From assembly GCF_018350175.1 (NCBI RefSeq), contig NC_058385.1, forward strand, positions 60,574,001-60,638,000: a DNA stretch of 64,000 nucleotides. The letters are read 5' to 3'. The stretch comes from Felis catus (Eukaryota). The notes under the pieces were generated by a model. That model was given only the letters and a program-made list of their open reading frames with translations, was not told where the DNA came from and did no database searches. Positions 23,134 through 36,265 of this stretch are shown one piece after another. Position 1 is the stretch's first letter. Each line of letters begins with the position of its first letter. A program made the position numbers and the translations under genes.

Positions 23134-24510
23134 CAGATTACATCAAAACTAGAAATATACCCTGTGGAGTGGCTTCTTTCTACCCATGTCAGGTCAGGCA
23201 GTCGATGGAGTCTGCCAACTTGAGACTCCCCTGTCTCAGCTCCTTGGAAATGTGAATCACTGTTAAAAGAATTGTAGATTTCCGTTTCCCTTAGGTAGAA
23301 TTTATTATTTTTGTAAGATCTCTTTAAATTGCCCTGTACCTCCCCACAAGGGAAATGCATTAGGACAGATTATTTGGCTTTAAATCATAACTAGGTTAAT
23401 ATTTGTTTTAAGTTTGAGTTAAGGCCTAGTTTAAATTCCTCCTTAAATTGTTAAACAAGACAATTTGGGGCTATGAAAAGGAAACTATAGCATGTTTTTC
23501 AGTAATACGATATTATGGCAGAGGCTACCAAATCATGCAAAAGCAATTTCTTATTTTCCTACTAAATAGAGGATTATAGCTAAAGCATTGCCTGCATACA
23601 GACTGTTCATTTTTGAGCAGCATTCTGTCGAGCCTGCTATACTTGGAAAGACATGGAGATAACACTGCCTCCGAGAAGGGAATGCTGCATCTAACACTAT
23701 TTCTGTTCAAGAACCAGCGATTTCTCTGCCTTTTTACGCCCTTGTTTCTCCAGGAGAAGAAAAAAAAGGGGAGAACAGAGAGGTGGGGAGCTATATATAC
23801 AAGGTTGTATTGTTCACACAGTCAATGCTTTTATTCATATAGTTTGTATTTATAAGATATAAAAAAAAAAAAAACCTTTGCAAATTTTCTCTTGGTCGTC
23901 TACCTGCCATTCCCTTGAGGGAGGCACTGAATTCAAGGATCCCATGGGATATATCTCACTATGACTCTTTCAGAAAGAGCCCTAGAATTTTAATGTCAGC
24001 CTACTGGCCTCCCTGTTGTGTGAAACATGGCGGGAGCTAATGAGGCCTTGAATGACTCAACCCATCTCATAGCACTGATGTATTTGTTGGTTCTCCAAGA
24101 GCCTTTCTACATGTTGCAATAACTAAAGCATATAGATTGGAAGTTCTTGAAACTGAAATTCTCTGCCTGGGGAGGCAACTTCTGGCACATTCAAAACACA
24201 ATTGGATTTTCCTTTTTATGGCTGCCTTTTAACTTGGGAAATTGATATTTTATATTTAATGATTCCTAGTGATAGCTTTGTACCAAGCTCAGCATATTAA
24301 ACATGGGCCAGTATGTAAACAAAATCCAACTGCCCTGTGTTGTAATGGGAATGGACAGAATTGAGGTATTCCTTGGGGCCAAGGGAACAGGGGTAGGGCC
24401 AGAAGCAGCAATTCACATGGTTCTTCCCTAGTGGCCAAAAGCACTGAATGGAAGTGTTGTCCCTGTGCTCTGGAAAGGACTGGTTAAGTATTTATAAGAT
24501 GCTGCCTCCA

Positions 24511-24785
24511 GGCACCTGGGTGGCTCAGTCCTTAAGCATCTGACTTCAGCTCAGTCATGATCTCATGACTGAGTTCGAGTCCCACATGAGGTTAGCTTGA
24601 GCCCCACTTCGGGTGAGCATGAGCCCCACTCTGGGCAAAAAAACCATAAGCCCCACTTCTCTTCTCTCTCTGTCTCTCTGTCTCTCTCTCTGTCTCCCTC
24701 TGCCCCACCTGGGATTCTCTCTCATTCTCTACCAATTCTCTCTCTCACTCACTTGCACCCTCTCTCTCTCAAAAAAAAAAAAAAA
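24511..24785 (+). mobile_element. Can-SINE variant with repeated gagccccac units
   Basis: SINEC head and tail; TSD gatgctg(c/t)ctcca at 24498-24510 and 24787-24799. Confidence 0.9.
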
Positions 24786-25627
24786 TGATGCTGTCTCCAA
24801 TTCCTTCTATGGTTTTCAGAAGGTTGGGGAAGGAGGGGACCTTCCCCTCATTCATTGCCTATTGTGCACCTGCTACCAGATCCCCTTCCCTTGAAGCAGC
24901 CATCCTCATTTCTGAAGATGTTTCATCTCCAAAGACTTGTGATTCCCCCTCTACTCGGACTGCATGTGGAAAGTATTTTGGAATCTTGCCAAATGAAAGC
25001 AACTAAAGACAATCGGAAGTTACAATTGTCCATACCATGTGAAAATGAACTCTCTTCCCCAACCAACAGCTTTGACAAGGTGTTAACTTGAGTGTGTTGA
25101 CCTGATGCTGATACATAATTTTAAGGCCTTTTCTAGGTATGCATTCAGATGAAAAATTATTTCCAAAGTAAGACTTTCCCTGTGTGCAAGGGACGTGGCA
25201 CAATTTTACAAGAAGCAGCATGAACCATTTGCAGTAACTAGTGCTTTTTTCATCCAGAATCTCACCTTCCATCTTGCACCCGTGGCATGGCCTAGAAGCC
25301 TAACACCGAGCCTGTCTTAGCCAACCCAACATTAGTCTACAGAGCAGAACTAAAAAGACCAGGCAAATTCTGCCATCAGACACCTGCAGGCTTCCCTGCG
25401 CCTGCCCATTCTACAGACTCCCTAATGTAAACACCCACATGGCTTTTCTTCCCGTTCATCCAAAGCAATGTCCACATTTTCATTTTCACTGCTAACTTTA
25501 TTTATAATATTCTATTAGAGCAATTTGTAATAATTTGAAAAGTTGCTTAAAATCCTTTCTGGAGGCCCTTCAAAGAATTCCATAAAGAAGCCTGACCCGA
25601 CCCACTACACAAAGGTCAAACTTGAAG

Positions 25628-26059
25628 TTCAGTGATTTAGCAGTAAGGAAACAGAGGGCACACTCAAATAGGAAATTTAAGGAGAGTTTTTAATAAAGGG
25701 ACAAGACACAAAGATGCAGGAAGAATCAATGTGAAGCCCGCTATCTTAGCTATCAAACACTAAGAGCTATTGCCATCCTTGGATGGTTCCATGCACTCAT
25801 CCAGAGCTATAGGAAAGTGTATACACAGGAACTGTGGCCCTTGGTAGAGAAACAAGACTCTAACAACCCAGTAGGGAGGTGGCCAGAGAATTAACTTCCT
25901 GACCACACTCTTCTGCCCTCTTCTCTCTTGCTACTGCCTCCATTGGCCAAATGCAAGTAAAAGAGGGCAGGGGAACCTTGTTGACGCCATTGATACAGGT
26001 CAGCCCTCCAGGGCACAGACCAAGTTGATCTGGAAGGGCAAACAGAGACTACCCAGACA
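25628..26059 (-). mobile_element. LTR33-like ERVL solo LTR
   Basis: aggaaacagagggcacactcaaa...ggagagtttttaataaagggac...gatctggaagggcaaacagagactacccagaca. Confidence 0.65.
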
Positions 26060-27498
26060 AGTGGGTTACTCAGGTCATTTAGCTTATCAAGAAATGCTTG
26101 ATCTAAAACAGGCTTCTCATGAGTTCCTTTACTACTATAAAGCCCACCAGTAAAACAAATTTGTTACCACTTTCCACTTCTTATGGATTTTCATAATAGT
26201 CCTCAGAGACCAACAACTACTGTTAACTACTGTTGTCACCAACATCTTAAGAGAAACACACATTCCTGTTTTACATATGTCCAAACATGCCAAGTGGTCT
26301 TTAACTACCTTTTATCAAGAACTAGTTTTACAGGCTCTTAATTATTTCCTAATTATTTATATTTTCCTTTATGACAGTGCCTTGTTAACCACACATTAAA
26401 AGTTCTGTATCTTTGTGATTTCAGACATAATTAATTTTATCATCCTATGGATTTATTAATGGGACTTATTTTCTCACTTTCTCTCTCTTTTATTTCTTTC
26501 CTGCTTTGTTTGTAAGATCTCCTTTCCCCTACATTGATCCTTTGCTATGTGATTAACTAACTCCCCCATTCTCTCCCTTTCCCTGGCAACCTAGGTTAGA
26601 TCTATCATAGACCATGTTTTTCTACTCTTAATATTCCTTTAGTGGCTTTACTGAGAAGATATTTCTGCAATCGAAGCATCAACATGTCTCTTCTGTTGCG
26701 TCGTTAGCTTAGTCTTAGGCTAAGATTCAGGAATATGCTATTGATTCTATCTGTAATTTTTAGCCTCATGTTGTATATGTTGAGCAACCTCACTCAAACT
26801 CACCTGAATCTGCTCTTTGGCCTATATTTCTACATTTGAAGGGTTAATATTCTTAGTGACTTAAAGTAATTCCAATTTCCTCACTGGCAATCCTTTATTC
26901 AATAAAATGGATAATTTAAGTTGCAATAATACACTTTTTTTCTATAGTACATGATAAAACTATTTTAAGTTTAGGTGAAAAAGAATGTGACCAATAACTA
27001 TTTTAATTTTCTCTAGAATTGGACTTGGTACAAAAACAGAAATAAAAACCATTATGACAACCAGTGTGGTAGGAAAGTGGGAAAAGTCTGGCTTTGGAGT
27101 CACATAGCCCTAGGCTTGAGACCCCACTCTTTGGCTAGTACTGATCACCTTTCTTTACTATAACCTTATTGTAAGAATACCCCTTGGTGGGAAATTTTTA
27201 TGTTTTTATGTTTTATGTTTATTGTATAGGATGCCTGAGATGGCATACCTAACAGAGATCAGTAACTTCTTCCTCTAGCTCCTTCTTCTCCCTGTCTCTT
27301 ATGCCCCCATGTTATTTTTAGTGGACATCTGCTCCAGACCAAGTCCTCTGCCAGGTGTTTCCCATCCTTTGCCTTCTATGCAGTTCTAGCCCTTTCTTTT
27401 ACTATCTCTATTTGTTCTTACTCGTCTTTTTCCCTCTCATGCCTGTCAGAGCTGAGTAAGCTGAAAACCTGTAGGCCAGTCAACTAATGTAAACATGT

Positions 27499-27549
27499 GA
27501 ATCAAGCAGGAATAAGATAAGATAAGAATCAAGCAGGAATAAGATAAGA
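27499..27549. repeat. 27-bp tandem duplication (about 1.9 copies)
   Basis: gaatcaagcaggaataagataagataa / gaatcaagcaggaataagataaga. Confidence 0.9.
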
Positions 27550-29849
27550 GTGAGTGATAAAACTAGGAATGTTTGTTCTGTCTACAAACCCTCAAAACAC
27601 AATACACAGACACTATTTGTCAAGCAAAACACATCAGCAGGTTGGATTTGACTTTGGAGCAGCCATTTTGTGTACTGGCCCTCCAAAGGGGCCCATAGAT
27701 GGTCACCGTTCCCAAATCTCAGGTATCTCCGTGCTGGTGACACCTGAGTTAAAGTTGTAATTATAAGCAGCCTTCTGATAAAACTCTTTTCTGAAAGCAT
27801 TCACACATGATATACAAGAAATCATAGACCACTTTGCAGATATACAGATGTAATAATCAAGGTTTATATACCTTTTTGCCTTCACCAAAAAAGCTGTAGT
27901 TATAGCCAAAGATTTTCCCAGATACATATAACTGTATTTTGGAAAGTTGAGGAAGCAAGCTGAATCTCTCAAGAAGCAGACCCACACCAGACAGCTATTT
28001 AGTGTCCATTCCAAGTACTTCTATAGGATATCAGCATAGCTGTGACAACAATTCCATGAGGTAAGAATTGCAATTATTATTATGTCTCTTTCACCTGGGA
28101 TCCAAAAGCTCTGACCTGGGTTCATGATCAAATTTTTCATAAGCAGGTCCCTTGCACAGTGCCTGGCAGTGGTAATCATACTAATTAAATCTGAGTAAAT
28201 AAAGTCAAAGAATCATTAGAGATCTCCCTCCAAAGGAGACATCAGGTTCTTGGATAAATGGATTTAGAGTGTGGTCACTAGAAACAGGTCAGTTTCTTGC
28301 TCAGAGATTCAGTGCACTCTGGAATGTCAGGAAATGATGTCAGGCTCTATAAGCGACATCTATAATCACAAACCCAGAGCCAGACTCTCACATGTGTGCC
28401 ATGTGGAAAGGAATGTGGATCCTACACCTGTGCTGTTTGCTTTTTTTTCAGGCAAATATGCAAACTGATAACAAGACCATCTGCTTCTTCATCCTCAGAT
28501 ATAAAAGATGGCTACACATGCAGAGAACTAATCATTTTACTCCCTCTTAACTGCCTGTCTGATTTCATAAATATCTTTATTCAGTTCATTTTAATAACTA
28601 TTGCTTTAGAATTTTCTGAGTCTCAGCTTTGTTGATATATTCTTAACTTCCCAAGAATGAAAAACTATCAAGTTTCTTCAATTACCATATCAACAACAAC
28701 AAAACTGCTTTCTTAGAATTGAAATCCAAATTTCTATCTTTCCAGCCTGATACTTTCCAGGAATTATGGGGCCTAATATTTGAAATTTGCATATGAAAAC
28801 AGATGAAAAAAGTATGAATTGAGGATTTCTGACAAAGTAATAGAAACCCGAGAGAGAAAACCTTGTTGCTACCTCAGCTCGCTTCACTTTTTCACTTGGG
28901 TTTTTCCTGTTTGTGATGGCTCCAATTCTAGCTACAATTCCTGGGACCCTAAGTCAATATGGCTGCAGCTATCAGCACAGCTGATGTCTCTGACCTTCTG
29001 CTTATCCCCAGCCAGTCATGGTATAAGAAATCCCCTTTCCTATTAGTTTCAGCAAGACTATCTTGGACTCTTTCAAAAGGGGCTCTTAGCAGGAAACCAA
29101 GAGTCAAGAAAACAAATAGAGAAGTATAGACCTCAAAACATTTGCAGAGCCCATGAGTATTATCCCAAAGTAAGCCTGTTATAGACAAGTGCAGCTAGTG
29201 CAGCAGATAAGATCCCAACACCACCTGTAGTTTTTCCCCATCGCCACCCTATCTCTCAGAGTCTGAGATGCAGAAAAGAAATAGTGTACTGGGATCCTGT
29301 AAACTACCCAGCCACGTTAGCTGTGGCTGGGTTTTGGTTAAGCCAGGTTAAGAGATTTTATGTTTTCCTTTGCCCTTTTTCACTTAGTTTCCAAGGCCAT
29401 ACTACATAGAAAATAAATGTAAACTTACCTTTGTTAAAATAAAAGAGAAAGGAGTTCTTGATACAGAAAACAGGAGCATAGGAACTGTCTAGAATGGTGG
29501 TCTCCAGAATGGATCCATTCACCTTAGGGGGTGATGCAGTAAGAAAACATTAGAACATGTATGTTTATTTTATCTTTTTCTTTTAAAATATGTGTTAGCT
29601 TTTACATAAGTAATCCAGTGGAATATGTATATAATGTTTAAATAAATGTGCACGTGTCTGTTTGAAGATCCCTGCCCACAAAGAATACTGTAATGGCAGC
29701 TTCCATGGCAACTCAGGATCTGGGAAAAATCGGGTGGGGCTAGAGCAGATCAGAAGTGAAAACCCAGGCAGGAATGAGCCATAACACCTGATAGACTGAT
29801 CAATTCCTTTCTGGTGTTTCCCGTACACCACAGTTTTGGCTTTCTGTAT

Positions 29850-30080
29850 AATATCGTGTTAAGTGACCAGACTTTGCAGCCAAACAGACCCCCCTCTGCT
29901 TTCTGTGTAAATTTGGGCAAGTTCCACAACTTTTTGCACTTCAATTTTGTGTCTATAAAATGGGATTCGTGGTACTTACATCATATGGGTTATTGTAAAG
30001 ATTAAATGATATTATGTATAGAAAATACTTCACATATTGCTTAAAATGTAGTGATCTCTCAATAAACAGGGGCTATTATT
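29850..30080 (+). mobile_element. MIR SINE
   Basis: ttgggcaagtt...tctataaaatgggat...ggttattgtaaagattaaatga...ctcaataaac...ctattatt. Confidence 0.75.
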
Positions 30081-30389
30081 ACTTCTACTGTTCCTTGCAT
30101 TAAAGCCCCCAAACCCATGGATCTAGGCAAAATTTTGGCTTGAGATTTACAGGGTATTAATTTCTTACTTCCTAAATAAGAGTAGGGGACTAGCCAGGGA
30201 CATCTCTGCCTTCACATGAATTAACTATCCAATGCCTATGAGTTAAGTAATATTTTTGTTGAACTTATGACAACACTAAGACACAAAGAAGTTGAGTAGT
30301 ACCTTTCAGAAGGGTAGATAGCTGCTTTGTGATGGAGCTGGGATCTGAACGCAGGCAATCCAGCTTGAGAGACTTGCCTACCTGCAAAC

Positions 30390-30604
30390 TAAGGCTTTCT
30401 CAACCTTGGCACTATTGCTATTTAGGGCTGGCTAATTCTTTGTTGCGGGGGGGTTGGGGGAGGTTGTAGGATGTTTAGCAGCACCCCTGCCCTCAGCCCA
30501 CTTGATGCCATTAGCACCCCCTCCTTAGTCGTGACAATCAAAAACGTCTTCACACGCTGCCAAATGTCCCCTTGGAGGAAAAATCACCCCTGGTTGATCT
30601 CCGT
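30390..30604. mobile_element. MER20 hAT-Charlie MITE
   Basis: tttctcaaccttggcactattg...tgtaggatgtttagcagcaccc...gtgacaatcaaaaacgtc...gccaaatgtcccc...aaaatcacccctggttga. Confidence 0.85.
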
Positions 30605-30714
30605 GCACCACACCAACTAACCCTTTTATTATTCTAAAGATTATTCTGTTAACTGTGAGTTAGGCAATATTTTACTCATTTTACTCACCACAAACTAAGG
30701 CACAAAGTTCATTC

Positions 30715-30910
30715 TTGTTCTTAACCATGACTATACAGAATTGCTTGGGGAGTTTTTAGTCTAATTCCCAGACTTCATTCAAGGTTACTTGGATCTGGAT
30801 CTCTGGGGCAGTTACAGAAGGGGGAGGGAGGAGACCCAGGCACCCGTGTTTTTAAAGCCACCCCCGCCCCAGCCGATTCTAGTGAGCAGCCAATGTTTAG
30901 GAACAAAGCT
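30715..30910. mobile_element. MER5-type MITE
   Basis: ttcttaacc...agaattgcttggggagtttt...gattctagtgagcagccaatgtttaggaac. Confidence 0.6.
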
Positions 30911-31189
30911 CTAGTCATTCTTTTAAGAATCAACTCACAGAAGTATTTATTTGCTATGTAATTAGGAATCTAACTCTCTAATTACAGTACACCTGTACTG
31001 TGCCCTTTTTCCTTCAATCCTCTCCTTAAAACGCTCCTACTCTGGGTCTCCCTCTCCAGTCACCTAGCTTGAACATTTCCTTTCTCCACCACACACCCCT
31101 CCCATGCATACGCTTCCCTGTTTTTTTCACGATGATCCTTCTGAAATGCTCTGCTCTTGTTTTTTCGTCCCCAGACTCTACCACTATCA

Positions 31190-31497
31190 CCCTTCCTCTG
31201 ACTTCAGCTGAAGTCAGCTTAGACATCATCCTTTTTGGAAAACAGCTTTGATTTACCCACTGACTTTCATCTTCTATATCACTCTAAAAAGCTGTAGGAC
31301 AGCCCATATCCATATTATGTTGTCGTCTTTGATATTTCTCAGTCTCTCCTCAACCTCCTTGCTTCTACCATCAAAGCTCCCAGATGGATCTCCAAAAGGG
31401 CTAGATCCATATCCTTTATCTCTGAACCCCCAGCACTTACCTGCCTCTCATATCTTACAAACAGCTTAATGAAGGTTTGCTGAGTGAGTGAATGAGT
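31190..31497 (+). mobile_element. L2 LINE 3' end fragment
   Basis: cagcttagacatcatc...ctttatctctgaacccccagcact...gtttgctgagtgagtgaatga terminus. Confidence 0.55.
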
Positions 31498-31975
31498 TAC
31501 CTTCATCTTCTTCCCAGTCTTCACCAATCCGTGTGGATCACCGATCCACCCTTTTGCTGGTTTCTCCCTGCGCATTTCATCACTGCCAAACCTTCTTCCT
31601 AGTTCTGAGCCATCTGTTCACTGGTAAGAGTGGCGGCTGACCTGTTTTCACTCCATAGGACTCAGGAGCAGAGCCAGGCAGCTGTGGCTGGAACTCATCT
31701 CTGGCTTTGAAACCTAAATGAAGCTATCATCGGCAAGCTCCAAGTTGTGGTGAGCCTTGTTCATGCCCCGAATCATCTCCTGTCTTCACCACAGTTCCGG
31801 GCTTGCACATTATAATACAAGAGTGTTAGTGAAACTGCCATGTTCTCTCTGTACTCCATAACCGAGGGCAACCCAATTTGTTTCCTGTAATGAAGCTGTG
31901 CCACCTACCTATTGGCTTTACTCTGTAGAAAAGTAATTTCCTTCTTCAAGATCCTTATCATTCAGAGGATTTTTT

Positions 31976-32194
31976 TTTTAATTTTTTTTTTCAACGTTTA
32001 TTTATTTTTGGGACAGAGAGAGACAGAGCATGAACGGGGGAGGGGCAGAGAGAGAGGGAGACACAGAATCGGAAACAGGCTCCAGGCTCCGAGCCATCAG
32101 CCCAGAGCCTGACGCGGGGCTCGAACTCATGGACCGTGAGATCGTGACCTGGCTGAAGTCGGACGCTTAACCGACTGCGCCACCCAGGCGCCCC
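31976..32194 (-). mobile_element. Young felid Can-SINE
   Basis: reverse-oriented, CpG-intact; perfect TSD tcagaggatttttt at 31962-31975 and 32195-32208. Confidence 0.97.
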
Positions 32195-33844
32195 TCAGAG
32201 GATTTTTTAAAATGCACTAGTAATGTGTGGGAAAACACTCAACCCAAGTATTTTTCTTCTTGTAATCCATTCTTAGGGCAAAGTGCAGCATGTAGAACAT
32301 CTGTGCAAAGGAGGAACTCACCCATATGAAGAAACTCCTTGTAAGTTCTGAAGCCAGGGATGGTGTAGGGGACCTAGTCATGTCAGTCGAGTGGACAGCA
32401 AGTGCCATCTCCCAGACTCCCCTCCACTGCTAGTCTGACCATGGCGCCTGACCAGATGACTCTAAAACTGGACAAGGATTGATCCAAACTAACGTGGAGC
32501 TCTGAGGATGGCTGATTCCTAAATCTTGCTTGGTTAGGAACCCCTCACAAACCTGTTTCTAGAATAGTCCTCCTCAACCCCTAATGTTCACAAATCTTGA
32601 TAAGGCGTCCCTGAGTTCATAACACTTCAATCCTCAAAAAATAGTGATTTCTCCCCATGTGGAGAAAAACTGTACTTCAGACTTATCAAGTATCATGTTG
32701 ATCATAATCTGTTCATATTCTTTAACAGATATGTTATAAAGAAATCAGAACTAAAATTACCACTTATCACCAAAGGTAGAATTATTCTAGCTAACATTTT
32801 TGGTGCAATTTATAATTCTAATAATGCTTGTTTCATTGGTCACCCATTGGACTAAAGAAGAGACTTTTGTCAAAAGGAAGTGATGAAGTTAGTGACTTTT
32901 AAATAAGGTAACATTTACAAGAAAGAACAAAAGATTCAATCATGACTAAAACCCTTCAAGTTTTTTTACTGTTTAAATGGAAACTATTCTGTGAAGATTA
33001 GATAAACAAATGCTTTAGTAAAATCAACAATGAGTAATATATCAAATGAATGTTTCTTCACTTTGTAGAGAAGTCACAAAAGCTGCTCTATCAGATAACT
33101 GCGAAATTCATCCCCGACTCTTCCCAAAGTTAATAAACTATAAGCTGCTAGGTATTTCAAAACCATAAACTAAGGAACCAAAGTGACTATTTCTATCTTT
33201 TATGTATTTGTTCCTTGGGCTCCCTTCTTCTCTAACACATGATTGTTTCGGTCATCTTGAACACATTTCAATGTTTTTTTTTTAACCCACAGAGATAACT
33301 AGCTACTTTTGTAGAGATTTGTTCAAGAATAAACATTAGCTGGCATTGCAATACTGCTCTTATAGTATATTATGCATACTACTACTTGCCAGAATAAAGT
33401 TTCAGTTTAACACGTACATTTATAGATATACACATATGTGTGTCTATATACAGACAAGTAGAATTTTATATAGAGAGACTCTGTGTATATGAAAATGAGA
33501 CCTTTATTTGATTGTGTAATGTGCCAAAATATTAAAATTAGATAATTCAGCCAAGTTCTTCATGGTTTTGCTTGAAAAATCCCTTTTAAAATTCATGCAA
33601 AGTTGATTCACTTTCTTGAGACTCTCAAAAGAATCATGGATCAGTCTCAGTTTCACAACTAGTCTATTTGATCCTTAAGAATAGAGGAAGAAAAGGAATG
33701 AAGAGAAGGAGGAGGGAGAGAGAAGTAGAGGAGAGAATTGGGGCAGGGAAGGGAGGAAAATGAGCCACAGAAGGAAAAAGAAGTAGCAACTAATCAGTGT
33801 AAATTTACAGTAGAAGGAAATTACTTCTTAACAGTTATGATTCT

Positions 33845-33925
33845 TTTTTTTTTTTTTTGAGAGAGAGAGAGAGACAGAGAAAGAGAGTGTAAGTGGGGGA
33901 GAGGGGCAGAAGGAGAGAGAGAGAC

Positions 33926-33962
<37 letters not shown>

Positions 33963-34059
33963 GGGAGAGAGAGGGAATCTTAAGAAGGCACCACCCTGGG
34001 ATCATGATCTGAGCTGAAATCCAGAGTCGGTCGTTCAACTGACAGAGGCACCCAGGTGC
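33845..34059 (-). mobile_element. Can-SINE with internal deletion and expanded (GA)n
   Basis: poly-T, (GA)n, gatcatgatctgagctgaaat...gcacccaggtgc. Confidence 0.9.
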
Positions 34060-35480
34060 AACTTATTCTCCTCTTTGATCAGAGAAGTGGGGATCAGATT
34101 TTTCTGGTTCCCTAAAATTCTCCCAACTTCCTAACACAAACCTTATCTGAAGGAACTAATATAAGTCATGAAAATGAGACTAGATGGATTAAATCCCTAG
34201 AAAACTCACTCATTCTGCCGGCATATCACCCGTTGAAAACTTCCCTGGTCCCTGCTGCTCCTCGTTCCTCTCCAAACTTTTGTCCCATACCTTCACCTGG
34301 TTTATGATGTTCCATCTTAGCAGATATAAACTGTTTATATATATGTTACTCCAATGGGACTAAAGATAACAGTCCTACAGGTAAAAATCTGGGTCAGGCC
34401 AACTTTATAAAAAAACTTAAGACAGTATCTGCCTCCTTGCAGGAGCTAAATGTATGCCTACTGCATTAAGAAATTAATATTGGAAGAAATCTGGAAATGC
34501 AGCTGACGTCCATGTCTTCAGATGGCATGATTTGTTGCCAACATCCATTGCCATCAGCAGCTGAGTTCTGGACACTGAAAGGCGAGCCAAGGATTGGTCA
34601 TCGTTTCAATGCTGACTAACACATTTTCAGAATAGTTGAGACTGTCCTATTATTTAATCACAATGTCCTTCCTCATTCTAGTATCTCCATAAATTTGATT
34701 TCACCTGCCCCAAATAAATTACAGCAGGAAAGAGCGTTGTCATGAGATCAGCCACTAGAATAAAAAAAACTATTGTGCTACAAGAGAGCGCAATGTACAG
34801 AGAGCGTGCATCTACTCACTCATTCATTCCATTGGATTTTCTTCTATTCACTCATTTCTTTATTTCTTCATTTCTTTTTCTAATAATCAGATACACAGAA
34901 TTGCATTAATCCTAATCTTCAGTTCACACATGCCATCATCCTTGTTTCATGCAAGACTCTATTTCATCTTTTATTATTGGTTTATTCTAACCATACACAA
35001 ATTCCCTTGATCCCAACACCCAACTACAGAACTAGACCATGAATAATAACTTACATTTAAGTATCCTCTCCCTATTTTATTCCCCTTCTCTCCCATGTGA
35101 GGAAATCACTATCCAGAATTTATTATCCTTACTTTTTTTTTTAGTTTTATCTCCACTTACGTATCCTAAATGATACCTTAATTTGTATCTATTCAAAAAG
35201 TACTTCTGTTAATGTTTCCATGTCATAAAATAGCAATGATTTTGTTTTATAGAGATACTTAGAAGCTTTGGTCAATGTACACATGGCCATGGGCATGGTC
35301 CAGCAACCTCTGGGTGAAGGTTCCAGGCCTGGGGAGTACAAAACCACTCTGCACTTTGGCTGGTCCCTTGTCCCTATGCGGCAGCTTCACGTGTCCAGGA
35401 GCATGGTGGGACCAGCCTCTCTCACAGAAAGGACACTTCCCTCTGCTCTGTCATTGGCTGGTCCTTTCAGATGGATGACT

Positions 35481-35594
35481 TTTTTTTTTTAAGTTTATTT
35501 ATTTAAGTAATTTCTACACCCAACGTGGGGCTTGAACTCATGACCCTGATATCAAGAGTCACCTGCTCTTCTGACTGAGCCAGCCAGATACTCC
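35481..35594 (-). mobile_element. Short old Can-SINE lacking the (CT)n region
   Basis: tttatttatttaagtaat...gtggggcttgaactcatgaccctgatatcaagagtc...gactgagccagccag. Confidence 0.85.
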
Positions 35595-36084
35595 TCGGGT
35601 AGATGAGTGTTAATGAGAGCTAAATAAACAGATTTGCCATGCAAATGCCTGGTCCATAATATCATACTCAGTCACTTTTACTTCCTTCCCTGTTCCCTTT
35701 TTTATATTATTGCTCTAGAAAGATGCTCCATGCATGCTACTATTTAACCTTACAACTTAAGGTAACTCATCATCCACAAAAGCAGAAGTGTTTCAAATGA
35801 TATAAACAAATGCTTAAAGAAGGAATAATCCACTGTGGAGCTGTTGGTGATACCACACCACACTCTTCATCCTGTTTCTTTTCTTCTTGGATGCTGTCAG
35901 CTCAGTCCTGGCCAGGCTTCAGTGCCCATCTCAGGCTCCAATGGCTCAGGTCCCTGTTCTGTCTTGTCTCTCCTCCTGTCTGTGGTTCTACTTGAATAAA
36001 CAGTACCTGAGAGTTGTAGCAAGAGTCAAGAAATGATTGGAGTCCAAACCATTTGAACAGAATTGTACTCCCCTGTATTTGTAT

Positions 36085-36265
36085 CTCACTTTACACCTTT
36101 TCAGTGTCTTTCACAAACAGTACTTATTTGAATTTCACCAAAGTCTTTGTGACACGTGGATAGGTAAAACGTAAGCATCTTATAGAAGACGACCCTGAAG
36201 CCTAGAGCAGTGAAGACATTTGACCAAGGTCGCCCAGTGACAAGAATAGGTGGGATCTAGATTTA
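36085..36265 (-). mobile_element. MIR SINE
   Basis: ttatagaagacgaccctgaagcctagag...ttgaccaaggtcgcccag...tgggatctaga. Confidence 0.6.

Noticed and set aside
24571-24662. Short repeat-spacer pattern resembling a CRISPR array
   Set aside because: 9-bp units inside a mammalian SINE; eukaryotic context with no cas genes.
35481-35594. tRNA-like sequence
   Set aside because: Has an A-tail and decayed stems; it is a tRNA-derived SINE, not a tRNA gene.
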